Source: Balanoglossus misakiensis (Eukaryota > Animalia > Hemichordata). Taken from it: 64,000 bases of DNA. Shown piece after piece: positions 36,095 through 49,198 of this stretch. The translations under genes were made by a program, and so were the position numbers. The notes beneath the pieces were generated by a model, which ran no database searches, was not told the DNA's origin, and saw only the letters and a list, made by a program, of their open reading frames with translations. The first letter of the stretch is position 1. Each line of letters starts with the position of its first letter. The stretch covers positions 13,953,129 to 14,017,128 of the forward strand of contig CM082576.2 in assembly GCA_040954595.2 (NCBI GenBank), in the 5' to 3' direction.

Positions 36095-36465
36095 CTCCAA
36101 AACTATTTGAATACAAAAACACTTCGCCAAGTGAAACCACTCTATCGCAGAAGATGATAGTGTGTTCCTGGACACATTAAATAGTGTGGATAAAGTGTTG
36201 GGAGTGTTGAAGTACAACAAACTTTTGCCAGTCTTTAGTGAATTCCAGACACTTGGACAAATAAGGAAACAGTAGATAGACGTCACCGTCACGTGAGATT
36301 TCAATATAATGAGATTGGACTAATGACCTTCGTCTGACCCTTGTCTACCTTCGGTACTGTCTGGGCCGGCTATATGATAAGGAATTTACAACGCGGATTT
36401 CTAACGACGCCAAAATACAATTCTAAACTGATATCCAAAGCCATTTCAAAACCTGTTGACCTTGA
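36095..36465 (-). promoter_or_regulatory. Candidate first (non-coding) exon and promoter module of ACSF2-like copy 1; repeated at ~41647-42018 and ~46236-46629, and orphaned at ~30660-30965
   Basis: Minus-strand donor GGAG|GTAAGT at 36095/36094. Upstream lie GACGTCA (CRE-like), CACGTG (E-box), ATTGG (CCAAT), DR5 TGACCT-tcgtc-TGACCC (36324-36340) and a perfect ERRE TGACCTTGA (36457-36465). Confidence 0.5.
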
Positions 36466-38404
36466 TCCCTTCCCGTAACTTCAAGAGCTCATCCAATAAC
36501 GAGACCATGAGTTTCAATAGAAGCCACAGGCGTCAATTACTGATTTAGCAGCTTGATTGATTCAACAGGTTGAATCACGCTGGCCCCCTACCACATTCCA
36601 ACAGCTGGTTGCGTTTTTAGCGTAGCGCAGCCAGCGGTGAGAATGGGACATGACTTTTGTTTTTATGTGCCAATTTTGCTGTCGACAATCCTCCGCATTA
36701 TTTGGAAAGTTACGCACATGGTTAGATTTGCTTCGGCTTCGTGTGTGTAGTTTTTTTTTATCATTTCTCGTATTCAGCAACTGGAAAACTAAAGTTTGCA
36801 AACATGAATCGTAGCGTATGTGAACGCGTATAAAGTCATGGGATCGCGTAGTAACCGAAACCATTAGCTCAGCCGCAAATTCAAAACTCTCGCTCTAGTT
36901 AAAACTCTTTGTAAAGAAAAAAAATCACCAAACGCCGATTACTGGGCTAGTCTAGAAATTTAAAGCCCGGTGAGCTGCAACTCGATGAAAAAAATTGACC
37001 CGTTAAATAATCCGGGATATTTTTTAAATTCTGTTTAAATGGTATTGCCTTATAGTATATCAATATAACACTTATTTGTGACAAAATGGCCTAGTGTTTT
37101 CTGTTTTGTTTCAATTAATTCTATTGGGACATATACAGCGTGCCATCAAAGTTCTGATACCGGTCATAAGAAAAGTGCAAGGACTTCTTCCAGAATAAAG
37201 CAGAATATAAAAACACAAGAGACACTCTTCGTGTACAAAGTTCTATTGTGTTTAATGTCTCTGGGTAGGTGACGTGAATGAAATGGTAATGTACACTTAA
37301 CTGATATATATTGTAAATAAGCGGTTTATGTTTCAAAAGATATAAAGTAAATTTATTTAGCTTTATTTTTTTCGATATTTTTAATCAGTGGCAGCTCTAT
37401 GCAAAAGAAAATCATATGTGCAAATCATATGTGAACAGTGTACAGACTGGGCACACTTGCACCAACTGGTATGTATTTACAGTTCAGTGGTTCCTCGTAT
37501 CTGTCTCTCTATTGGTAACTTGTATTTCTTTGTCCAATACACTCTGTTCTGTCTGGTCATGTTTGTCAGAACCTGACGAAAGAATGGACTTGCGAAATGC
37601 CACGCTTTTTTATTCCCCAATGGGTCCATCTGTTAGTTGAAAACGTTGTGATAATATGAATGAAACGACTCTTATAGTGTCCAACCCATGCATGCCAGTC
37701 TTCCACTGTTTATAATTTGGAGAGGCATTCTTATTCATAATTGTGATGAGTGATATGGACTTTTATTTATTTAAACTTCATTTCGGATTGATTAAAATAT
37801 CGTCCATAGACAAATATAGTAAAATTGGTAAGCCATTAACTCATGTAAATACAAGAATACACAATTAAAAAAGGGGGTTGAGAGGGTTTTAGTAGCGATT
37901 TCATAGTCGGCGTTCAAAGGAAAATTAAACGCCAATTGTTTAAATCATCTTCTGATTCCCTTGTTAACCCTTTCACCCCGGCCCCTTCTTTAGAGGTCCA
38001 ACTTTTACGGTGACCCTATATAGGAAACAATGGGTTTTGACTGGTGGTTAAAGGGTTAGAAAGGAGTGTGAGAACACAACCCAACGTTTCTGGAATGTCA
38101 TTGTTTTCCATAGCTAGATGAATTCTGAATAAACTGCCATATGATCGGTTTTCAACGCAGGTCTGATGTCTACTCTTTTTCTAATTTTGAGGACGAAGAT
38201 GTAATCAGTTCTTCTGTGGATTTTGTTCGGATGCAAACGCGTACATGGAAATTATTGAAGCGATGGATCCTCCAAACACCAACCAAACTGAAGTGAAACA
38301 GTTGTAGTTGTTGTAAGAATGGGACAGAATTATTTCGGTACAAGATTGGCGTTACTCTTGTTGTGGTAGATTCATTTACGCATTCGTTAATACAGTGCTG
38401 TGAT

Positions 38405-40069
38405 CTACAGCTCCAAGTTCAACTTTGCTTTCTTCGCTATTGCATCTTTGTCGAGTTTCCCGGTTGGACCAGTGGGCAATGATTGGAAAAACACAACAAA
38501 CTTTGGAACAACGAATGCGGGCAAATGAACTGCAGCAAACTGCAAAATATCCTCTGCAGTCGCTTCTTCTCCCGTTTTCAGACAAACACAGGCACATACT
38601 TCTTCAACTAGTCGTTCATCGGGAACGCCAACAGTATATGACATTTCTACCTTGGGGTGCCCATTCAACACTTTGTCAACTTCTTGAGGATATATGTTGA
38701 GTGCTTCCTTTATGATGACGTCTTTCTTTCGCCCGATGACGTCAATGCAGCCATCATCTTCCATCACACAAAGATCACCAGTGTGGTACCAACCGCGGCC
38801 ATCCAAGACTCCCCTAGTCTGTTCTTCGTCACCCTCATACCGTAGCATCATGGAGGGTGATCTAATGCACAGTTCGCCTATTGTTCCGAGAGGCACTATC
38901 AGACCCTCGTCGTTGATTATTTTCATCTCATTGTGACCAACTAAATAACCACATTTCTCGAACTTCTCGGGATTGGTGTTGAACGTCAAAAAGCCAACCT
39001 CTGTACAGCCCAGTACACTGTATATGTTCTGACAGACCTGAATTCTGAGCTTTAGAAAGGTTTCCCTCAGAATTCTATTCCCGGTTAAAAGTAAGTATCG
39101 GAGAGAATGCAGTTGGCGCGCCCGCAGTTTAGGGGAATGCATCAGATCGAATAAACGTGCAAACATCAGGCAGGCAACTGTGACATTCTCTTGCTCGATC
39201 AAATCTATCACTTCCTCTGCCCCGGACTCTTGATCCGGTACGACAGTTTTAAATCCGTGACAAACGCCCATAACGGTAGAGAGCTCTCCGGAGGCATGAG
39301 CGAATTTGCTTAACGAGATAAAACACACTTCTGTGTTTACCGTTTCTAACAAGTGTCGACCGTAGGTGTACAAGTTCTCTATAGCAGATCTATGGGATCT
39401 GACCACACCTTTAGGAATCCCTGTACTGCCAGATGTAAATAGAATCATTATTTCATCATCCTGTTGGACAGTTCTCCGTAATTTCTCAACACCTTCAATA
39501 TCTCTTTCATCACCAATCGTCATCACATCTTCAAATCGAACCATTCCTGACTTGTCGTCTTGACCGAGGTGAATTACCGTTCGGAGGGTTGGTATTTTTG
39601 CCATGGTTTGACCGTTTGCCATGTTTGCTGTCTCTGTTGCGGCAGCCAACACAATGTGCTCTTGGACGCCAGGTGCGACGATAAATGCAACCACTTTCGT
39701 TTTATTGGCCAGTCGTTCTATGTACTCTGAATTGTAGCCAACCATAAATCGGACACACACCAGTTTGGCGTAAGCCATCGCATAAAGGGAACTGACCCAC
39801 TCATAGCAATTATTGGCCAAGATGCCAACACGTTCACCTGGCTGCAGACCCAGGTGCACAAATCCAGAAGCCAAGCTGATGACGTCTTTGCGTAGTTGTT
39901 TAAATGTGACACGCTGCTTTGTGTTGTCTTTTGAAGCAAAGACAAAAGCCTCCTTATCAGGAAAGTCGGTTGCTGATTGGTCCAGTATATCACACAAAGT
40001 CTTCCCTGTCAAAGGTGTACTGGATGCGGCATGTAGATAGCTGTGTCTGGGTTTGTACGCTCTGTACAT
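38405..40069 (-). CDS. ACSF2: ACSF2-like acyl-CoA synthetase, copy 2, 554 aa
   Basis: Intact ORF, near-identical paralog of copy 1; P-loop variant LFTSGSTGIPKGV. Confidence 0.88.
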   Translation of the reverse strand: MYRAYKPRHSYLHAASSTPLTGKTLCDILDQSATDFPDKEAFVFASKDNTKQRVTFKQLRKDVISLASGFVHLGLQPGERVGILANNCYEWVSSLYAMAYAKLVCVRFMVGYNSEYIERLANKTKVVAFIVAPGVQEHIVLAAATETANMANGQTMAKIPTLRTVIHLGQDDKSGMVRFEDVMTIGDERDIEGVEKLRRTVQQDDEIMILFTSGSTGIPKGVVRSHRSAIENLYTYGRHLLETVNTEVCFISLSKFAHASGELSTVMGVCHGFKTVVPDQESGAEEVIDLIEQENVTVACLMFARLFDLMHSPKLRARQLHSLRYLLLTGNRILRETFLKLRIQVCQNIYSVLGCTEVGFLTFNTNPEKFEKCGYLVGHNEMKIINDEGLIVPLGTIGELCIRSPSMMLRYEGDEEQTRGVLDGRGWYHTGDLCVMEDDGCIDVIGRKKDVIIKEALNIYPQEVDKVLNGHPKVEMSYTVGVPDERLVEEVCACVCLKTGEEATAEDILQFAAVHLPAFVVPKFVVFFQSLPTGPTGKLDKDAIAKKAKLNLEL

Positions 40070-40252
40070 CGTGAATGGTTTGCCTGTAACAGAAAACAGT
40101 CAACAATTAATTAACATTTACTTAGGTATTTTAAAATGGACGCAGATAGTTGGCAAGTTAGTAAACAGGGTTGCCATTTTCGGGTTCAAACGTTCGTAAA
40201 TTCAACAGTATTTTTATTTTATTTATTTACTTTAACCCCACGCGACTGTGGT

Positions 40253-40608
40253 TTAAAGGGACAAAGTCTCTCTCTTGCTGCCTTTTTTCCATTAATTATG
40301 TTTGATATAAGACACCGTTTATGTCATTCTACATGTGGATATATAATGAATCAATGTTCAACCACACACAACTTCCATCCCACTTGTAGGGTATGAGAGT
40401 AAAAACTCGCCCAAAATTAATAAATGGTAAAGACCAATTATTCATTTTGGGCGACTTTTTCACTCTTGTGTCTACAAGCGGGATGGAAGTTGTGTGTGGT
40501 CGCACATTGATTCACTATATATCCGCATGTAGAATAACATAAATGGTGTCTTGTATCAAACATAATTAATGAAAAGAGGGCAGCTAGAGAGAGACTTTGT
40601 CCCTTTAA
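40253..40608. mobile_element. Same MITE, in the 5' intron of ACSF2-like copy 2
   Basis: Near-identical to 34690-35045, at the same insertion site. Confidence 0.9.
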
Positions 40609-43600
40609 CCGCACATTTTCACTGCTGCATTCTAGTTCAGGGGCCCATTTTAACACTCTCAGCAGTGGTAAAACAGTATTTTACCATGTCGCTGGATTGA
40701 GCTCTCTCGTCCAATCAGAATGGCGGACGGTAGCATGGTATAATATGAATAAGTTTATTTGTGGTTCAGGGTCGGAGCTCTGATGCAAGTATACAGTGAG
40801 AACGCACAAATAAAATAACAACATTCAAAAACGCCACCCTGCGCGACTTTTTGGGCATGTTTACAGAGTACCCAGTGTCTTCGGTCAGCATCCATTGTGA
40901 AGTCAACCATGATGATAGACGCGAGCGGTTTTCTAACCATTTTGTTTTTGGTCAAACAATGACAGAATTAAATACCACATTCTCCCCAAGTACAACGAAA
41001 ACTAATCGTTTTGTACGCCTTCTATCGGTATGCAATTATCCCAAAATAGTTTCAATCGTGTCGATGTTGTTCAGTGTTCGTCACGGCTGAGATCGGATGC
41101 GTTAGGTTTTGCGGATCTGATTATTGTCCAATCGACTACAGTTCGTAATCATGGCGTTATGCTTATCAGGATAGTGTCATATTTCCAACATGTCATGGAA
41201 CGTAGTACAGCTTGTTTTCTGAACGATATCAAAGAGCACTTTGAGATTTATCATAGCAGTACCATGTTAATGAACGGCTATTTCCATATTAAACACACGT
41301 GTGCAACTAGGCCCACAACTCCATCAGCGAACTTGATGAAACTTGCCAGAGATATAGTTTTCACAGTCACGTTATTAACCTATTCTTCTAGATCAAAAAG
41401 TGGTAAAAGCACAACCCAAACGGGGTGGCATGTAAACACGTATCCTCGGGGCAGCTATCCAGACGTTGCTAAATGCATCGCACCCTAGCGTCTGTATTAT
41501 TTACAACCCTGGGAATTTTACATTGTTTGTTTCAAAGACTGCAAGTAAGGAGTATGACGTGACCGGGTGACAAATTTCAAAATCCGCTGCAGTCTCACAC
41601 TCCGCTGGGAAGAACATTAATAGGCGAAAAGATCAAAGTGACTTACCTCCAAAACTATTTGAATACACATACACTTCGCCAAGTGAAACCACTCTATCGC
41701 AGAAGATGATAGTGTGCTCTTGGACACATTAAATAGTGTGGATAAAGTGTTGGGAGTGTTGAAATACAACAAACTTTTGCCAGTCTTTGGTGAATTCCAG
41801 ACACTTGGACAAATAAGGAAACAGTAGATAGACGTCACCGTCACGTGAGATTTCAATATAATGAGATTGGACTAAATGACCTTCGTCTGACCCTTGTCTA
41901 CCTTCGGTACTGCATGGGCCGGCTATATGATAAGGAATTTACAACGCGGATTTCTAACGACGCCAAAATACAATTCTAAACTGATATCCAAAGCCATTTC
42001 AAAACCTGTTGACCTTGATCCCTTCCCGTAACTTCAAGAGCTCATCCAATAACGAGACCATGAGTTTCAATAGAAGCCACAGGCGTCAATTACTAATTTA
42101 GCAGCTTGATTGATTCAACAGGTTGAATCACGCTGGCCCCCTACCACATTCCAACAGCTGGTTGCGTTTTTAGCGTAGCGCAGCCAGCGGTGAGAATGGG
42201 ACATGACTTTTGTTTTTATGTGCCAATTTTGCTGTCGACAATCCTCCGCATTATTTGGAAAGTTACGCACATGGTTAGATTTGCTTCGGCTTCGTGTGTG
42301 TAGTTTTTTTTTTATCATTTCTCGTATTCAGCAACTGGAAAACTAAAGTTTGCAAACATGAATCGTAGCGTATGTGAACGCGTATAAAGTCATGGGATCG
42401 CGTAGTAACCGAAACCATTAGCTCAGCCGCAAATTCAAAACTCTCGCTCTAGTTAAAACTCTTTGTAAAGAAAAAAAATCACCAAACGCCGATTACTGGG
42501 CTAGTCTAGAAATTTAAAGCCCGGTGAGCTGCAACTCGATGAAAAAAATTGACCCGTTAAATAATCCGGGATATTTTTTAAATTCTGTTTAAATGGTATT
42601 GCCTGATAGTATATCAATATAACACTTATTTGTGACAAAATGGCCTAGTGTTTTCTGTTTTGTTTCAATTAATTCTATCGGGACATATACAGCGTGCCAT
42701 CAAAGTTCTGATACCGGTCATAAGAAAAGTGCAAGGACTTCTTCCAGAATAAAGCAGAATATAAAAACACAAGAGACACTCTTCGTGTACAAAGTTCTAT
42801 TGTGTTTAATGTCTCTGGGTAGGTGACGTGAATGAAATGGTAATGTACACTTAACTGATATATATTGTAAATAAGCGGTTTATGTTTCAAAAGATATAAA
42901 GTAAATTTATTTAGCTTTATTTTTTTCGATATTTTTAATCAGTGGCAGCTCTATGCAAAAGAAAATCATATGTGCAAATCATATGTGAACAGTGTACAGA
43001 CTGGGCACACTTGCACCAACTGGTATGTATTTACAGTTCAGTGGTTCCTCGTATCTGTCTCTCTATTGGTAACTTGTATTTCTTTGTCCAATACACTCTG
43101 TTCTGTCTGGTCATGTTTGTCAGAACCTGACGAAAGAATGGACTTGCGAAATGCCACGCTTTTTTATTCCCCAATGGGTCCATCTGTTAGTTGAAAACGT
43201 TGTGATAATATGAATGAAACGACTCTTATAGTGTCCAACCCATGCATGCCAGTCTTCCACTGTTTATAATTTGGAGAGGCATTCTTATTCATAATTGTGA
43301 TGAGTGATATGGACTTTTATTTATTTAAACTTCATTTCGGATTGATTAAAATATCGTCCATAGACAAATATAGTAAAATTGGTAAGCCATTAACTCATGT
43401 AAATACAAGAATACACAATTAAAAAAGGGGGTTGAGAGGGTTTTAGTAGCGATTTCATAGTCGGCGTTCAAAGGAAAATTAAACGCCAATTGTTTAAATC
43501 ATCTTCTGATTCCCTTGTTAACCCTTTCACCCCGGCCCCTTCTTTAGAGGTCCAACTTTTACGGTGACCCTATATAGGAAACAATGGGTTTTGACTGGTG

Positions 43601-43958
43601 GTTAAAGGGTTAGAAAGGAGTGTGAGAACACAACCCAACGTTTCTGGAATGTCATTGTTTTCCATAGCTAGATGAATTCTGAATAAACTGCCATATGATC
43701 GGTTTTCAACGCAGGTCTGATGTCTACTCTTTTTCTAATTTTGAGGACGAAGATGTAATCAGTTCTTCTGTGGATTTTGTTCGGATGCAAACGCGTACAT
43801 GGAAATTATTGAAGCGATGGATCCTCCAAACACCAACCAAACTGAAGTGAAACAGTTGTAGTTGTTGTAAGAATGGGACAGAATTATTTCGGTACAAGAT
43901 TGGCGTTACTCTTGTTGTGGTAGATTCATTTACGCATTCGTTAATACAGTGCTGTGAT

Positions 43959-45623
43959 CTACAGCTCCAAGATCAACTTTGCCTTCTTCGCTATTGCATC
44001 TTTGTCGAGTTTCCCGGTTGGACCAGTGGGCAATGATTGGAAAAACACAACAAACTTTGGAACAACGAATGTGGGCAAATGAACTGCAGCAAACTGCAAA
44101 ATATCCTCTGCAGTCGCTTCTTCTCCCGTTTTCAGACAAACACAGGCACATACTTCTTCAACTAGTCGTTCATCGGGAACGCCAACAGTATATGACATTT
44201 CTACCTTGGGGTGCACATTCAACACTTTGTCAACTTCTTGAGGATATATGTTGGTTGCTCCCCTTATGATGACGTCTTTCTTTCGCCCGATGACGTCAAT
44301 GCAGCCATCATCTTCCATCACACAAAGATCACCAGTGTGGTACCAACCGTGGTCATCCAAGACTGCCTTAGTCTGTTCTTCGTCACCCTCATACCGCAGC
44401 ATCATGGAAGGTGATCTAATGCACAGTTCGCCTATTGTTCCGAGAGGCACTATCAGACCCTCGTCGTTGATTATTTTCATCTCATTGTGATCAACTAAAT
44501 AACCGCATTTCTCGAACTTCTCGGGATTGGTGTTGAACGTCAAAAAGCCAACCTCTGTACAGCCCAGTACACTGTATATGTTCTGACAGACCTGAATTCT
44601 GAGCTTTTGAAAGGTTTCCCTCATAATTCTATTCCCGGTTAAAAGTAAGTATCGGAGGGAATGCAGTTGACGCGCCCGCAGTTTAGGGGAATGCATCAGA
44701 TCGAATAAACGTGCAAACATCAGGCAGGCAACTGTGACATTCTCTTGCTCGATCAAATCTATCACTTCCGCTGCCCCGGACTCTTGATCCGGTACGACAG
44801 TTTTAAATCCGTGACAAACGCCCATAACGGTAGAGAGCTCTCCGGAGGCATGAGTGAATTTGCTTAACGAGATAAAACACACTTCTGTGTTTACCGTTTC
44901 TAACAAGTGTCGACCGTAGGCGTACAAGTTCTCTATAGGAGATCTATGGGATCTGACCACAGCTTTAGGAAAGCCTGTACTGCCAGATGTCATGAAAATC
45001 GTTATTTCATCGTCCTGTTGGACAGTTCTCCGTATTTTCTCAACACCTTCAATATCTCTTTCATCACCAATCTTCATCACATCTTCAAAGCGAATCATTC
45101 CTGGCTTTTCGTCTTGACCGAGGTGAATGACCGTTCGGAGGGTTGGTATTTTTGCCATGGTTTGACCGTTTGCCATGTTTGCTGTCTCTGTTGCGGCAGC
45201 CAACACAATGTGCTCTTGGTCGCCAGGTGCGACGATAAATGCAACCACTTTCGTTTTATTGGCCAGTCGTTCTATGTACTCTGAGTTGTAGCCAACCATA
45301 AATCGGACACACACCAATTTGGTGTAAGCCATCGCATAAAGGGAACTGACCCACTCATAGCAATTATTGGCCAAGATGCCAACACGTTCACCTGGCTGCA
45401 GACCCAGGTGCACAAAGCCAGAAGCCAAGCTGATGACGTCTTTGCGTAGTTGTTTAAATGTGACACGCTGCTTTGTGTTGTCTTTTGAAGCAAAGACAAA
45501 AGCCTCCTTATCAGGAAAGTCGGTTGCTGATTGGTCCAGTATATCACACAAAGTCTTCCCTGTCAAAGGTGTACTGGATGCGGCATGTAGATAGCTGTGT
45601 CTGGGTTTGTACGCTCTGTACAT
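43959..45623 (-). CDS. ACSF2: ACSF2-like acyl-CoA synthetase, copy 3, 554 aa
   Basis: Intact ORF with the same ANL motifs; hinge region IGRKKDVIIRGATNIYP. Confidence 0.88.
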   Translation of the reverse strand: MYRAYKPRHSYLHAASSTPLTGKTLCDILDQSATDFPDKEAFVFASKDNTKQRVTFKQLRKDVISLASGFVHLGLQPGERVGILANNCYEWVSSLYAMAYTKLVCVRFMVGYNSEYIERLANKTKVVAFIVAPGDQEHIVLAAATETANMANGQTMAKIPTLRTVIHLGQDEKPGMIRFEDVMKIGDERDIEGVEKIRRTVQQDDEITIFMTSGSTGFPKAVVRSHRSPIENLYAYGRHLLETVNTEVCFISLSKFTHASGELSTVMGVCHGFKTVVPDQESGAAEVIDLIEQENVTVACLMFARLFDLMHSPKLRARQLHSLRYLLLTGNRIMRETFQKLRIQVCQNIYSVLGCTEVGFLTFNTNPEKFEKCGYLVDHNEMKIINDEGLIVPLGTIGELCIRSPSMMLRYEGDEEQTKAVLDDHGWYHTGDLCVMEDDGCIDVIGRKKDVIIRGATNIYPQEVDKVLNVHPKVEMSYTVGVPDERLVEEVCACVCLKTGEEATAEDILQFAAVHLPTFVVPKFVVFFQSLPTGPTGKLDKDAIAKKAKLILEL

Positions 45624-47412
45624 CGTGAATGGTTTGCCTGTAACAGAAAACAGTCAACAATTAATTAACATTTACTTAGGTATTTTAAAATGGACGCAGA
45701 TAGTTGGCAAGTTAGTAAACAGGGTTGCCATTTTCGGGTTCAAACGTTCGTAAATTCAACAGTATTTTTATTTTATTTATTTAGTTTAACCCAACGCGAC
45801 TGTGGTTTAACCGCACATTTTCCTTGCTGCATGCTAGTTCAGGGGCCCGTTTTACCACTCTCAGCAGTGGTAAAACAGTATTTTACCATGTCGCTGGATT
45901 GAGCTCTCTCGTCCAATCAGAATGGCGGACGGTAGCATGGTATAATATGAAGTTTGTTTGTGGTTCAGGGTCGGAGCTCTGATGCAAGTAAACCGTGAGA
46001 ACGCACAAATAAATTAACAACATTCAAAAACGCCACCCTGCGCGACTTTTTGGGCATGTTTACGGGGTACCCAGTGTCTTCGGTCAGTATCCATTGTGAA
46101 GTCAACCATGATGATAGACGCGAGCGGTTTTCTAACCATTTTGTTTTTGTTTTGACAAATTTCAAAATCCCCTGCACGCAATCTCACACCCCGCTGGGAA
46201 GAACATTAATAGGCGAAAAGATCAAAGTGACTTACCTCCAAAACTGCTTGAATACAAATACACTTCGCCAAGTGAAACCACTCTATCGCAGAAGATGATA
46301 GTGTGCTCTTGGACACATTAAATAGTGTGGAAAAAGTGTTGGGAGTGTTGAAATACAACAAATTTTTGCCAGTCTTTGGCGAATTCCAGACACTTGGACA
46401 AATAAGGAAATAGATAGACAAGGTAAGATAAGGGAGTAGATAGACGTCACCGTCACGTGAGATTTCAATATAATGAGATTGGACTAATGACCTTCGTCTG
46501 ACCCTTGTCTACCTTCGGTACTGTCTGGGCCGGCTATATGATAAGGAATTTACAACGCGGATTTCTAACGACACCAAAATACAATTCTAAACTGATATCC
46601 AAAGCCATTTCAAAACCTGTTGACCTTGATCCCTTCCCGTAACTTCAAGAGCTCATCCAATAACGAGACCATAAGTTTCAATAGAAGTCACAGGCGTCAA
46701 TTACTGATTTAGCAGCTTGATTGATTCAACAGGTTGAATCACACTTACCCCTAATACATTCCAACAGCTGGTTGCGTTTTTAGCGTAGCGCAGCCAGCGG
46801 GGAGAATGGGACATGACTTTTGTTTTTATGTGCCAATTTTGCTGTCGACAGTCCTCCGCATTATTTGGAAAGTTACGCACATGGTTAGATTTGCTTCGGC
46901 TTCGTGTGTGTAGTTTTTTTCATCATTTCTCGTATTCAGCAACTGGAAAACTAAAGTTTGCAAACATGTATCGTAGCGTACGTGAACGCTTAAGTCATGG
47001 GATCGCGTAGTAACCGAAACCATTAGCTCAGCCGCAAATTCGTAACTAAATACAAAACTCTCGCTCTTTGTAAAGACAAAAAATCACCAAACTTCGATTA
47101 CTGGGCTAGTCTAGAATTTTAAAGCCCCATGAGCTGCAACTCGATTAGCGTCGCGTCCACGGGACGTTCTGTGGTTCAGGGTCCAGGTCTTCTTGTCGAT
47201 AATATAAACACCGGCTCCAGTCAATCAGCGAGATGGATTCACACCGTCGGCCAAGCGTATAATAATGCACTGACGGTCATAACAGTGTCCACTAAAGGCC
47301 TGGTTAAAATATTGATGCAAAGTTTGATCATATAAAACACCCAAATTTGCCTTTTGTGAATATTAATGCAAAGATGGCCTGGTTAAAAGTTGATGCAAAG
47401 GTTGACCACAAA

Positions 47413-47445
47413 AAACAAACAAACAAACAAACAAACAAACAAACA
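47413..47445. repeat. (AAAC)n microsatellite
   Basis: Directly visible. Confidence 0.85.
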
Positions 47446-49198
47446 TTATCATTACATGTTTCCATTGATTAACTCTGCAAAAGATAACCTTGGTGACATT
47501 GCTTTCCACCAGCAGTGCTATATCAAGCCAGGGCAGAAAACTTTGTAGGATTTAAAGCCGGACCTGCCGCACTATTTCACAAAGCAGAAAGCAAGGAGGT
47601 TCTCAGAAGGATCTGTCTCACAGCTGTGATATTACTTCTTCACACTGCATTATTCATTAAACCCACTGGCACAGCTAAAAATTAATTACACGAAAATAAA
47701 CTGAAACAGCGTGCCCATCAAAGATACCGGTCGTTAAAAAATAGCGCAAGGACTTCTTCCAGAATAAAGCAGAATATAAAAACACAAGAGACGCTCTTCG
47801 TGTACAAAGTTCTATTATGTTTAATTGTCTCTGGGAAAGTGACGTGGATGAAATGGTAATGTACACTAAACTGATATATGTTGTAGCGGTTTATGTTTCA
47901 AAAGATATAAGGTAAATTTATTTAGCTTTATTTGTTCTATATTTGTAATCAGTGGCAGTCCTATGCGAACGAGCAAATCACACGTGATCAATGTAACATA
48001 TACAGGCTGGGCACACTTGCAACAACTGGTATGTATTTACAGTTCAGTGGTTCCTCGTATCTGTCTCTCTATTGGTAACTTGTTTACTTTGTCCAATACA
48101 CTCTGTTTTGTCTGGTCATGTTTGTCAGAACCTGACGAAAGTTTGGACTTGCGAAAGCCACGCTTTTTTATTCCCCAATGGGTCCATCTGTTAGTTGAAA
48201 ACGTTGTGATAATATCAATGAAACGACTCTTATAGTGTCCAACCCATGCATGCCAGTCTGCCACTGTATATAATTTGTAGAGGCATTCTTATTCATAATT
48301 GTGATGAGTGATATGGACTTTTATTTATTTAAACTTCATTTCGGACTGATTAAAATATCGTCCATAGACAAATATAGTAAAAGTGGTAAGCCATTAACAT
48401 AGGTAAATACAACAATACTCAATTAAAAGGGGTTTGAGAGGGTTTTAGTAGCGATTTCATAGTCGGCGTTCAAAGGAAAATTGAACGCCAATTGTTGAAA
48501 TCATCTTCTGATTCCCTTGTTAACCCTTTCACCCCGGCCCCTTCTTTAGAGGTCCAACTTTATGGTGACCCTATATTATAGGAGACAATGGGTTTTGACT
48601 GGTGGTGAAAGGGTTAGAAAGGAGTGTGAGAACACAACCCAACGTTTCTGGAATATCATTGTTTTTCATAGATGAATTCTGAATAAACTGCCATATGATT
48701 AGTTTTCAACACAGGTCTGATGTCTACTCTTTTCATGTCTTTATTTCTATTTTTTGAGGATGAAGATGTAATCAATTCTTCTGTGGATTTTGCGCGGATG
48801 CAAACGCCTACATGTAAATTATTGAAGCGATGGATCCTCCAAACACAGTTTCTTAGACCTTGGGGCGGTGGATTTATGGGGGGGTCACCCTGTTTTGGAA
48901 TTGGGCGATGAGGGTCACCAGGGGAGCACCCACTTTTCCGTGTTCAATGAAGTGGAAGGGGTCAGTCACTTTTTGATATCCACAAAATATAATCCACCCC
49001 CCCCCCCCCAGGCCGAAGAAACTGACCAGTCCCTACTGTTGAAGTGATGGACTGCGCACCCGCCAAACAGCAACCAAACTGAAGTGAAACAGTTGTAGTT
49101 TTTGTAAGAATGGGACAGACTTATTTTGGTACAAGATTGACGTTACTCCTGGTGTGGTAGATTCATTTACGCATTCGTTTATAGTACAGTGCTGTGAT

